Source: Macrostomum lignano (lineage: Eukaryota). Taken from it: a stretch of 64,000 nt of DNA. The position numbers and the translations under genes were made by a program. The DNA is taken from NCBI GenBank assembly GCA_002269645.1, contig NIVC01001104.1, positions 248,001-312,000 on the forward strand, written 5' to 3'. This document shows positions 36,037 to 46,700 of this stretch, piece after piece (the stretch's first letter is position 1; every line of letters starts with the position of its first letter). The notes under the pieces were generated by a model. The model was not told the DNA's origin. It did not search any database and saw only the letters and a program-made list of their open reading frames with translations.

Positions 36037-39000
36037 ATCCGGGTGCATCGGGGGCCGCGGCCTTGTCCCAGAGTGTGCTGAGTCGGCAGGGACTGGGCTA
36101 TGTGGATGCACAGTTTAGGTTTGGGCCCCCGATTGCATGTCTGCTTGACAGCGGGGCCACCGTGTCGTTGTTAAGCAACCGTTTCCTGAAGTCTAAAAAG
36201 CCGACATTGACTTATTGCCGAATTTGCCGAATTTTTCCGTTTTCGCTGCCAATGGGGAACCGATTGCTGTACATGGAATGGTGACGATGAAGTTTTCTGT
36301 TGGGGACACCGAGTTTTTGCACGAGTTCGCTGTGGTCGAGGAACTGGCTGTGGCATGTATTCTGGGCACTGACTTTTTCGTGAGACACGGGATGGCGATT
36401 GACTTTGCTAGGAATTGCTTGCAGACTGCATCCTGTGTGTATCCGTTTCGCTTATCAGCAGATAAGCCGCGTCTTTGCCGTCTGGTGCTGAGTCAGCCTG
36501 AGCAGTTCAATGCAGGTCAAGAGAAGGTGGTGCACGTCAGGTTGCAGAGAAGGGTTCCCTCTGGGGTTCAGTTCCTAGGCATTGTGGAGTCTGAGAGGAG
36601 AGTGAGTAACGAGCAGATGGTGGCCAGATCGGTACAGATGCCTGACGGGGACGGTCGCTTGGCTGTCAGGGTGTTGAACACGTCAGGATGCAGTCTGTCA
36701 TTAAGGAAGGGAAGCCGAATTGGTTGGTTCTCCCCAGTGGCGGCCCAGCAGCCAGCTGGGTGGCAGGTGAACTCGGTGGAGAGTGTCCGAGACGACTGGA
36801 ACCCCCTCAGCGATGTCAAGGAGTGGGGAGGATGTGGCCTGACGGGCGATGAGAAGCACGAGTTTGAGCGCCTGATGGCTCGGAATCGTGATGTCTTTGC
36901 CAGGGATAGCTCGGAGTTGGGACAGTCACACTTGATGGCGCATGAGATTGACACCGGCAACGCCAAGCCAGTAAGTCAGCCCGCGCGTAGGATTCCACCG
37001 CGCTGGAAGGAGGAAATTGATAAGCAGGTTGATGAGTTGTTGCAGCAGGATCGCATCTATCCCTGCTACTCTCCGTGGGCGAGCCCGATCGTGCCGGTTA
37101 AAAAGGCCGACGGTAGCTTGAGGTTGTGTCTAGACTATCGGCGCCTTAACGAGGTCACAGTGCCAGATCCTTACCCACCGCCGCGGATGGACGAGACGCT
37201 TGATGCGCTAGGAGGGAACTGTGTTTTCTCGACGATGGATCTGGCCTCCGGCTATCATCAGTGCCCGATTGAGCCGAAGGACCAGTTGAAAACGGCGTTC
37301 GTGGTACCCAACAGGGGTCAGTTCGCCTGGAAGTGCATGAGTTTTGGCTTGCGCAATGCTCCCGCTACGTTCGCCAGGCTAATGTCTATGGCCCTGTCTG
37401 AGGTTAACTGGAAGGAGTGCCTGGTGTACTTTGACGATATAGTCGTGTTCGCCAAGTCGGTGGGTCAGCATCTCGAGCGATTGAAGCATGTTTTCCAGTG
37501 CCTGAGGGATGCCAATGTCAAGCTGAAGCCCGCCAAGTGTGTGTTCCTCGCAGAGCGGGTGAAGTTTCTGGGCCACATCGTCTCTCAGGAGGGGATCGCA
37601 ACGGACCCGAGCAAGTGCGAGGAGATCCAGAATTGGCCGAGGCCATGTAGCGCCAAGAAGGTGCAGGCATTCCTGGGTACGTGCGCCTACTATCAGTCAT
37701 TTATCCCGCAGTTTTCGGAGATTGCAGCGCCGCTGTATAGGTTAACCGCAGACGGAGTGAAGTTTGAGTGGGGTAGTGAAGAGGAGAGTTCGTTTTGCAG
37801 GCTGAAAGACGCTTTGTGTTCACCGAATGTGATGGCATTCCCGGATTTTTCGCCTGGTGCCGGGGAGTTCATCCTCGACACGGACGCCAGTTCGCGCGTC
37901 GGGCTGGGAGCCGTCCTGTCACAGCGTCAAGCAGATGGCCGTGAGAAGGTGATCGCTTACGGGTCTAGGATGATTCATGCGGCGGAGAAAAATTATTGCA
38001 CCACCAGGTTAGAGTTGCTTGCCGTCGTGCACTTCGTCAAAAAGTATAGGTACTATTTGTTAGGTAGAAAGTTCACTGTTCGTTCAGACCACAAAGCTTT
38101 GCAGTGGCTAGCCAGTCTGAAGGACGTAGAGGGTCAGTGCGCAAGGTGGCTTGAGTCGCTCCAGAACTTCGACTTTGAGATCATTCACAGGCCAGGCAAG
38201 GAGCACGGCAACGCTGATTCGCTGTCTCGCAAGTACCGAAAACACGCTGGCCATGAGAGCTGCCCTAGCTGCCAGTTTAGCGAGAATGTGCCAGTAGTGA
38301 ACGCGGTGTTTGGCAGTGGGCTGTCTTCGAAGGAAGTCCAGCAGGCGCAAGTGGCCGAGAAGAAGCTTGCAGCTGTCCGCTCCTATGCCCTGGACCCGGG
38401 TTCGAACCCCAGTGCGCCTAGAGTGATGTCGTGGGAGGAGCGTGTGCTGTGGGCACAACGGCAGCTGATAAGAGTAGAGTCTGATCTGTTGTATTTTCAG
38501 AGTCCCGGGAGTGGGTGCCAGAAAAAGATCTTGCTGCCGCCGGCTTTGCTGCCGAAAGTGCTCAGTGAGCTTCATGATGGGGTTGCAGGAGGGCACCTTG
38601 GGGTTAGGAAGACACAAGAGAAAGTGAAGGCGAGATACTGGTGGCCGGGGCTGAGTCGTTCCGTGGAAGAGTATTGCCGGAGCTGTGTCCACTGTGCGAA
38701 GGCGAAGCCTGGGCGCAGCAACCGGGCGCCTTTGCAGCCAATCTGCTCGGAAGGAGCTTTCCAGAGGATCATGAGTGACATTGTCGGGCCGTTGCCCAAG
38801 TCCAGAGGTGGCAATCGATTCGTGCTGACAATCCAGGATTCTTTTACTAAGTGGCCGGTGGCGGTGCCCTTGTCGAATCAGCGAGCCCCGACGGTGGCGC
38901 GAGCGATTTTTGATCACTGGATTGCGCACTTTGGTTGTCCTGAATTTCTAGTCACCGATAAGGGCACCAATTTTGAGTCGGCTTTGATGAAGCAGTTGTG

Positions 39001-39919
39001 TCGGTTGCTTGCCGTTAAGAAATGCAGAACGTCCTCCTATCACCCGATGGCTGATGGTCAGGCTGAGAGTTTCAATAAGACGTTGAAGTCAATGATCAAG
39101 TGCAGGATGAGTGAGTCGGTGGGCGAAGGAGACTGGGAGGATCTGATCCACCCGTCTCTCATGGCGTACCGTAGCAGCGTTCACAGAGGCACGGGGTACA
39201 CCCCGTACTACATGCTGTACGCCAGGGAGATGCGGCTTCCAGTGGACATTGGAACCTTGCCTGAGTCCATTCCTGCCAGTGCTCCGGCGTATGTTCAGTC
39301 ATTAGGTAATAGTCTGGCTGAGGCTCATTCGCAGGTGCGGACCAACCTGCAGCAGTACCAGAGGAAACAGAAAGTGCTGTACGACTCAAGGGTGCGAGGC
39401 CCGGCCATAGAAGTTGGGGATGCCGTCCTAGAATACTCGCCTGCGCTGCAGGCAGGGGAGGCAGCCAAGTTCCATTGCAATTGGAAGGGGCCGGCGAAGG
39501 TGTTAGAGAAGATATCCGATTTGAATTACCGGGTAAAGCACGCCAATAGGGGAAAGAGCAAAATAGTGCATTATAATAATTTGCGAAAAGTACCCGAGCG
39601 GCCTGAGCAGTTCAGGTTGATGAATAGGCATACGGCAGTGCAGCGCCGGTCGGCGCATCCGCCTGAGCCGGCAGGGTGCAGACAGGAGCCCGCGGGGCCG
39701 GCGACTAAAGAGCCGGAACTTGAGGAGGAGGAGGAGTTTTACTCGTATGTGGTGCCACCAGTTGCCGTTGGGCCTCGGCATGGGATAGTAGGGCCGGGAA
39801 CGCCAGTTGCGCCATGCGCACCGGTGGCTCCAGCGGCGCCAGCCGTGTCTCCGCGCAGACTGCGCGAGCGTCGGGGTGTGCCCCCAGCGTATTACGGGAA
39901 TCCGGTATTGTATCGTTAA
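35982..39919 (+). CDS. pol: Pol (aspartic protease, RT, RNase H, integrase) in the -1 frame to gag; extra 1-nt deletion at ~36195-36199
   Basis: PR LLDSGATVSLL; RT WASPIVPVKK, LCLDYRRLN, YFDD; RH LDTDAS, SDHKAL, NADSLSR; IN H-X6-H..C-X2-C, SDIVGP / TDKGTNF / AESFNKTL and WKGP. Confidence 0.95.
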
Positions 39920-40256
39920 TTCGCAGTGGGCTCACAAGGCGGTCGTCATAAATTGATTTTTAATATGCACTTGTATTAATGCCTCCACGCTGTTGTCTAT
40001 GGTAGAAAGCCTAAAATAACCTAAAATGAAAAAAATGATACAACCCCAAAGCACAAAAAAATCATAAAATGGAACGCATGGAAAGCACGTAAAAAACATT
40101 AAATGTATTAAAATTACAAAGTATGCTAGGCAAGAAGCGTTCTCAATCGTATTGTAAAATAAACATGTCATAGGATGGGTCAGGTCAGGGTCACAGTTGC
40201 TAGTCCGCAAGGCATAGGTAGTGATTGGGTTTAAATGTCATCATTGCAGGAGGACC

Positions 40257-41933
40257 ATGTCGTCGCCAACGACACCGACTGATTTGTATGGCGTGTTAGG
40301 CGTGGGTCGGACTGCTAACTCTGCGGAGATTGAGGCAGCGTGTAGTCGTCTGTACTCAAAGCGGCCCCGCGTCTGTCCTGCCGAGGTAGAGTCTCCGGAG
40401 TCTCAGCGAGACGTGATGGCGATGTGCGTTTTATCTGACCCAGTGTTTCGGGAAGTATACGATCGGGTTGGAGAGGCAGCGTGTCAAGGGGTGTTAAAGT
40501 ACGCCTACTTTTTCAATCCTCCCCCTGACGTTGAGTTGCCCGAGCAGGTCAGGTTAGCTTTGGCTAGTCTTAAGGGAAGCGCCGCAGGGGAAGCTCCAGT
40601 TCACGCGGAGATCCCAGCCGAGTTATTGGCTCCGGCTGCGCTTGCTGAGTGTAGGCGGCTGAGGGGTGCGCTGCTGGCGCGGTTGAGGGCTGGGGATAGT
40701 GAAGGAGCTTGCCTGGTGGTTCAGGAGGTGGCGAGGTTTCTTGATGGGGCTGGTGTGAGTGTGCCTGAGCAGTTGTCTAGATTCTTAGCAGTGTCTGTGT
40801 CGTTTCTGTGCAATCAGTATGGGCGGAAGAGAGGTTCTGGTGGTGGCTCCGGGAGGTGTCGGAGGGTCCCGCCTTCGGTGCTGCAGGCGGCGTTTGAGTG
40901 CGTGTTGTTGGCTGTGCGGGGTTTTGAGCTGTGTGAGTTGGGGGGTCCCTTGTTGGGGAGGCTCCGGGGTCTGTCTCTCTTAGTGGATCCTGGCCTCGCG
41001 CGGCGCCCGGAGGAGGGGAGTGACGGGCCGCACCTTTCGCAGACTCCGCTGACGGCCCAGCGCGACTTGGCGACCGAAGAGTTAACGGGTGTCGACCCCG
41101 AGCAAGTACGACCGGCCGACACGGTCCAGGAGGTCTCCCCCCGTGACGACCCGAATCAGCGCAAGGTCAGCTCGGCTAAGCGTCTCGTCGATGCAAAGGC
41201 ATACCTAACGAGGCTGGGCCGGTCGATTCAGCCCGAGGACCTTCGTGGCGTGCGTCGATGTCTAGCGGCTGTAAACTCGCCGTACTGCCTGCGTCTAGAA
41301 TGTCCCGTTGTCCGACCACTGCTGCAAGACCGACGGATCGTGTTCGCCCTGGGCCTGAAGGCCAGTGCTGCACCGTGGTGGCCATCGCTGCGAGACGATG
41401 TACGACGATTTCTAGCGGGTAGCTGGCCGCGTGTCGTGGCGGTCGGCGAAGTCGAGCTCAATTGGGACGCTGAGAGGTCGCAGCGCCAGGACCAGTTAAC
41501 GGCGGCGATGGAGCAGTTCTTGCTTGCCAAGGAGTTCGGCCTGCCGGTTTTGTTCCGAGTTGAAGGCGGCGAACCTGCCTGGGCGGTCGCCCTAGGATTC
41601 CTCCGGCAGCCGGAGTTTCAAGCGATGAGCGTCATGCTGGCCGAGGACCTGGACTTGCCGGAGGCCGTCGAGGCCGCGCTGGTGAGCAAGTGCCACGGGG
41701 TCTTCTTCGAGGTGTCCGCTCGGTGCCGAGGATCCCCGCGAGCGGTCCAACGGGCTAAGCGTCTCCCGCGGCAGCGCCTGCTAGTGACATCGGCCGCACC
41801 GTTTGGTGGAGACCCCAAGGACCCGACAGCCATCAAGTTCGTGCCGGAAGCCCTAGCGGACAGTGAATGTGATCGCAGGTACTGGACTCGACTGTTTGCG
41901 ACCAACTGTAGTAGATTTTTTGGCCGATTGTAG
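40257..41933 (+). CDS. Retrotransposon ORF3, 558 aa: HPD-less J-domain-like N-terminus plus degenerate TatD-like barrel
   Basis: J-like: DLYGVLGV..ANSAEIEAA..AMCVLSDPVFREVYDRVGE. TatD-like motif series: LVDAKAYL, VFALGLKA, VVAVGEVELNW, QFLLAKEFGLPVLF, LPRQRLLVTSAAP, NCSRFF. Confidence 0.75.
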   Translation: MSSPTTPTDLYGVLGVGRTANSAEIEAACSRLYSKRPRVCPAEVESPESQRDVMAMCVLSDPVFREVYDRVGEAACQGVLKYAYFFNPPPDVELPEQVRLALASLKGSAAGEAPVHAEIPAELLAPAALAECRRLRGALLARLRAGDSEGACLVVQEVARFLDGAGVSVPEQLSRFLAVSVSFLCNQYGRKRGSGGGSGRCRRVPPSVLQAAFECVLLAVRGFELCELGGPLLGRLRGLSLLVDPGLARRPEEGSDGPHLSQTPLTAQRDLATEELTGVDPEQVRPADTVQEVSPRDDPNQRKVSSAKRLVDAKAYLTRLGRSIQPEDLRGVRRCLAAVNSPYCLRLECPVVRPLLQDRRIVFALGLKASAAPWWPSLRDDVRRFLAGSWPRVVAVGEVELNWDAERSQRQDQLTAAMEQFLLAKEFGLPVLFRVEGGEPAWAVALGFLRQPEFQAMSVMLAEDLDLPEAVEAALVSKCHGVFFEVSARCRGSPRAVQRAKRLPRQRLLVTSAAPFGGDPKDPTAIKFVPEALADSECDRRYWTRLFATNCSRFFGRL

Positions 41934-42160
41934 AGTAGAATTGCGTTCTTAAGCCCGTTTTCAATTTTTGCGTACGCAATAGTTTGTGTCCCGTTTTCAT
42001 TTTTTCGTTTTTGTTTTTTGTAATGCCGGCGATATCCACGCGTCGCGTCAAAGTTTTTCTGTTATTTTTCGGCCGTCGTTTTTGAATAAACTTTTTTTCA
42101 GACTTGCTTGTTCATGCGTTGCTTTTTGCTTGACATCCCCTTTCTCCTCTTCTTTTTCTT

Positions 42161-42172
42161 GGAGGGGGAGGA
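42161..42172 (+). other. Polypurine tract
   Basis: GGAGGGGGAGGA immediately precedes the 3' LTR. Confidence 0.9.
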
Positions 42173-42872
42173 TGTTGGGCTGCGCCCTTCCAGTGTGTAT
42201 GTACTCGTACTTTTGTTTTCAGTTTTCATGCCACCCCGCCCCGTCCCCCGTCTCGCGCCCGGGCCAGGGTTTGTGAGAGGCGTAAGTCTCAACCCTGGCC
42301 TAGCCCTTTGCACCCAGCCCCGGCCCAATCTCTGTCCAATCTGGGTGCCCCCCCCCTCCCTCGTTGCCCGCCTCACCCTGGGGCTGCTCGTATTGGCTGG
42401 CTGGCTGATAAGCCGGCTGGGCCCCAGGGTTTGGCTCGCCGTCTCCATTCTGCCCCACCCCTCCCCCTTTTTTGTGTATTATTTAAATGCTAGCCCTGAG
42501 CGGGCTGCGCTCCACGTTTGCTCTCTATTGGTGTCCGCTTCGTTCTTACTGTTTTTGCGTTCATCGGCGTACCTCTGCCTTCGCGTGCCAATAACTGCTT
42601 CGGGCCAATAAACGCTTCGTGATTAACTCGATATATCAAGAGGAGGTGAGCTCGAGCTTTCGTTCTTCTGGGTTGCCGCGTGGGGCCGGGATCTGCAGGG
42701 ACCTGGGAACGGTGAACTCTCGCCGATCCCAGGGTGTTCGGCCAGGCGAACTCTCGCCGAACCGAGCGAGACAGGGTAGGAATAGCCGGGGTGAGGGCTG
42801 GGACAGGGGTGTCTCAGGCGGGGAGGGCCCGAACCTTGACCCGTCCAGCGGCCATTAGGCCGAGACACAACA
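42173..42872 (+). repeat. 3' LTR (700 bp)
   Basis: Differs from the 5' LTR only by a few single-base indels (for example cagtcccc vs cagcccc, and C/T-run lengths). Confidence 0.97.
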
Positions 42873-42879
42873 ACAGCGA

Positions 42880-43090
42880 TCCCTTTTTAGTTAGATTAGT
42901 TAGGGGCAGAGGGCCGTGTGCGCCCTGGGGCATTTTATAAGCGACACTGTCATACAACTAGCAAGAGGCATTACTGCCCAGGCGCGTGGATACGTACGCA
43001 GTCTCAGGAGTGTACAGCGGCCCTAACTTTATTTATCGTTAGGCATGTACACGTACACTTTACTGTGCCTTGGGGGTTGGGTTTCGGTCT
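42880..43090 (-). mobile_element. Truncated, internally deleted copy of the tRNA-SINE family
   Basis: Matches 19380-19590 (gaggcatt.ctgccc, caggagtgtacagcggccctaacttt, ggcatgtacac). Confidence 0.75.
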
Positions 43091-43722
43091 ATGGTTTAAG
43101 TTTGGGTTCAACCATAAAGAATCGCCTTGTCAAACATAAAAAACTCATGTTATGAAGCTTAGATATCAAGGTTCATAATAGATAGGGGTGAATTGCTGGA
43201 ATTCTTTCGCTCAGAGAGAACTCATGAAGTGTCAAGGCTCATTGGGAGAATCGCTGAGATGGGCTGAGCTCATAGGAGATACTCAAATGCTTTAAACCAA
43301 AGCTCATAGTGGATAGGATATCTTAGTCTAGATAACTGGCTTTCAAAAAGGAATGCTTTTTGGCTTTAAATACCATTATCCTTAAGAGATTACAACAGTA
43401 ACTATACAAGGTCAAAACCTACATGTAGTTTATTCAAAAATATTTGCCTAGTCTACGTCAAAAACTCTGGTGCTAGCAGCGTTCAATCCAGATTCTAATT
43501 CTAAAAAAATGCCATGTCTTAATATCCAGACACTCGGCCTTGAACTCGATGATTTTGAGCACGTTCTCATCCACGCGTTTTGTTGACCTGGAAAAAACTC
43601 TGACGATATTTCTCCGTGTGTTTATCAAATTAAAATGCAGAACTGAAACCCGCGTGAATTTCTCTTGGAATTCTCTGATCTGGATTCTCGAAAATGAGCG
43701 CAGAGAAAAATCAATCAATTAA

Positions 43723-46700
43723 TCAGACTGTGCCGGCGTTCACGCTGACGGGACTCTCCGACATGGAGTGCGGCGGAGTCGACGGCAGGAACTGCCGGCC
43801 CGGGCACATCCGGCGGAAGGCCTCGTCGGCGCAGCGCACACTGCCGTCGAAGTCAACGTCGGAGTCAGCGCCAGACACCAGGTGGACATTGTCGGGCAGG
43901 CCCGGCTGTCGGTGACGAATCGACTCGCTGTAGTCCTTCACGGTGAAGAAGGCGGACAGCAGCGCGTGCGGCCGGCTGGTGTCGTCCTCGTCGGTGGCGA
44001 ACAGCGCCGAGGTCAGGCCGAGGAACGCCTGCCGAGGACTCGAGCTGGCGTCCCCTGGCGACAGCGGCAGGGTGATGTGCACCACCCAGGTGTCTGGCGG
44101 GCAAGCCTTCGTAGTGGTCGGCAGTTCGATCACCCGAGCCAGATTTCGGTAGCCGTCGATTCTGTGAACGAAATGCGTGACGCAGGCGCCTCGGTTCGCT
44201 TCCGCATCGGTTGGTTCAACGATCTCCGCGCGCAACGGAGCATCCGTGACGAAGACAGCGCGGGCCACGTGGCGCACTTTGTGGGCCTCTAGCCAATGCG
44301 CCGGGGCGTAGCGCGCGTTCAAAACCAATTGACGGGCGCTGACTCGTTCGCGCGCCCCGCCGCTTAAAGTGACGCCGGTGACGCGGCCGTCCTCGATATT
44401 AACCGACTCGACTCCGCGCCGGAGCACGAAGGTGGCGCCCCAGACGGCAGAGTGACGGCAGAAAACCTCGGCGATTTCGTTGCTACCGTAGTGGACCCAG
44501 GCCAGGGGCCCAGCCGCGACTCGGACTCGTCCGGCAGCGAGCTCAGGTAGCGCTGGATTCGACGAACACCTTCGAATGCGTCTTCGTCGGGCTGGCACAT
44601 AGCGTAGGACTCGATAACTAGAGACTTGGCCAGCGGACTGGTGACGCCAGACAGTTCGAGCAGCTCGTCCAGCGTCTTCGGCAACTGGCGCTCGTCAGCC
44701 GCGGCACCGGGAAAGAGCGGCAGCTGCTGGTCCGGCAGCGAGGCCGGCCAGCTTCTGCACTGCTGCAAAAAGCTGGCCAAGGAGATTCTCTCGCTCTCGG
44801 ACAGTCTCGGCCAGGACTCGATGCCGGCAGGTTCTACTGGTAGGCTGATTAACCGGCCGCTCTGCCTCATGTGCAGGCACCGGCCGACTCGTTGAATGTC
44901 CGAATAGAAGCCCAGGCCGGTGCGGTGCAGCAGGTTCATGAGGCCGCTGCGGGCGAACGTCAGCCTAGGCGAGATGTCCAAGTTGAAGCGGCGGTTCTGA
45001 TTCACCAGCTGCTGCAGACTGACTCGAGACGGCCGGTCGCCTCGAATGTCCGGACGAGCCTGCTCCTGAGGGAGTCCGATCGGTTTACAAACCGGATGTA
45101 AAATTATCTTTGTCCGCTGAATATGCGAGAAAGTCTCTGACATGCATTTTAAACAACACTGGAACTCAATTCATTTGTGTCAGAACTCAGTCAGAAACAA
45201 ATATTTTGGCGCCCCGGACACTTCTTTCAAAGCTCACTGACACTTGCATCATGGCCACAGCTGACACTCACAATACAAAACAGTTTAAAAATCTTTGACT
45301 TTATTCTTTGCCAGAAGTCCCAAAACAGTAAACTGCCTGACTATCCAAGCTAGAGGGGTCGCCATCACAAGCTCGAAAAATCACATCGTCGAAAACTGAT
45401 TTAGTAGCCACCATCACAAGCTCGAAAAGTCATAAGCTCGAAAAATCACATCGTCGAAAAGTTTAGCAAACATCATCACAAGCTCGAAAAGACACAAGCT
45501 CTAAGCCTAACCCCAAGGCACTAACCCTAAGGCACCAGTACCCTAGCCTAACCCTGAACCATAACCCTAAGGCACTAACCCCGACCCCAACCCTAAACTT
45601 AACCCTAAACCCTAACCCTAAGGCACAAGGTCTAACCCTAACCCTATTCGAGCTTGTGATGGTGGTTGCTAACCTTTTCGACGATATGATTTTTCGAGCT
45701 TATGACTTTTCGAGCTTGTGATGGTAGATGCTTTTCGACGATGTGATTTTTCGAGCTTGTGATGGTAGATGCTTTTCGACGATGTGATTTTTCGAGCTTG
45801 TGATGGGCCCCCCATTTCAACCCCCCCCCCTCTCAGAGTCGTAGCTTCCGCCTTTGAAAAAGCATTGGGCTGAAGCTTTCTATCTTTATGAATAGTATGT
45901 AAAAAGCCAGTTGGCGTCACACACGTTGAACTTGTAAAAGCCAAGGGTCGAAATATTTTTTTGTATCTCGAGGGGCTGATAAGGAATCTAGCTCATGACC
46001 GCGGGCCAGGTGAGATATAGGAAAAAAAGAACAGGGAATTGAGGAGAGAAAAGAGATCAGGAAAGAGGAGATAAGGAGAGATGAAATGAAATGACATATA
46101 GCAGAGAAAGGAAAAGGAGAGAAGAGAGCTGAGAAGAGACACAAACCTCGAGCGGCCCGGATGCTATTGTGAAGTTTCAAAGGACCCGAAGGCCTGAGTT
46201 TGCGGACCCCTGGATTTAAACCCGGATGTAAACAACTGAAGTTTGTCCTGTCCCGGGTGTGAGCAACAAAATTTGTTTAGCTATAGGATGTAATTTTTTT
46301 CCTTCTTTTTTATAAAAATAGAAGGTACAAAAAATGTATCTCGTAGTAGGCTAACAAACTGTTTCTTTCAGCTAACAACAAGGACACAATAGAACACCTT
46401 TGAAGTGGCATGATATCATGAAATTTCAGAATATATACACGTAAACAGATAACCAAGCATTGAACAAACACACAGGTGAGCAAATTTTGATGATAGTGAC
46501 GAGTTAGAACAGGGGTCGGCCCTCAGAGAGAGAACAGAACATATGCAGCCCTCAGAAGCCTCTCTATTCCGGCCCTCGCGTCCTTTGAAACTTTACAATG
46601 GCAATGGCAAATCTCTATCAAGGTTTGTCTCTTCTCAGCTCTCTTGCTTCCTCTCTCCTCTCTCCGATCTCCTCTCTCCCCTCTCTCATCTTCTCTCATC

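Larger units (their letters stand above)
34230..42872 (+). mobile_element. Full-length Ty3/Gypsy LTR retrotransposon (8.6 kb) with an additional third ORF
   Basis: Two ~700-bp near-identical LTRs (TGTTG...CAACA), a 4-bp TSD ACAG (34226-34229, 42873-42876), PBS, PPT and the PR-RT-RH-IN domain order. Confidence 0.98.

Noticed and set aside
38397-38410. Pol III B-box-like GGTTCGAACCC
   Set aside because: It lies inside the pol coding sequence with no A-box or cloverleaf.
40257-41933. env gene call for ORF3
   Set aside because: There is no signal peptide, furin site or transmembrane anchor; the motifs instead match J-domain and TatD.
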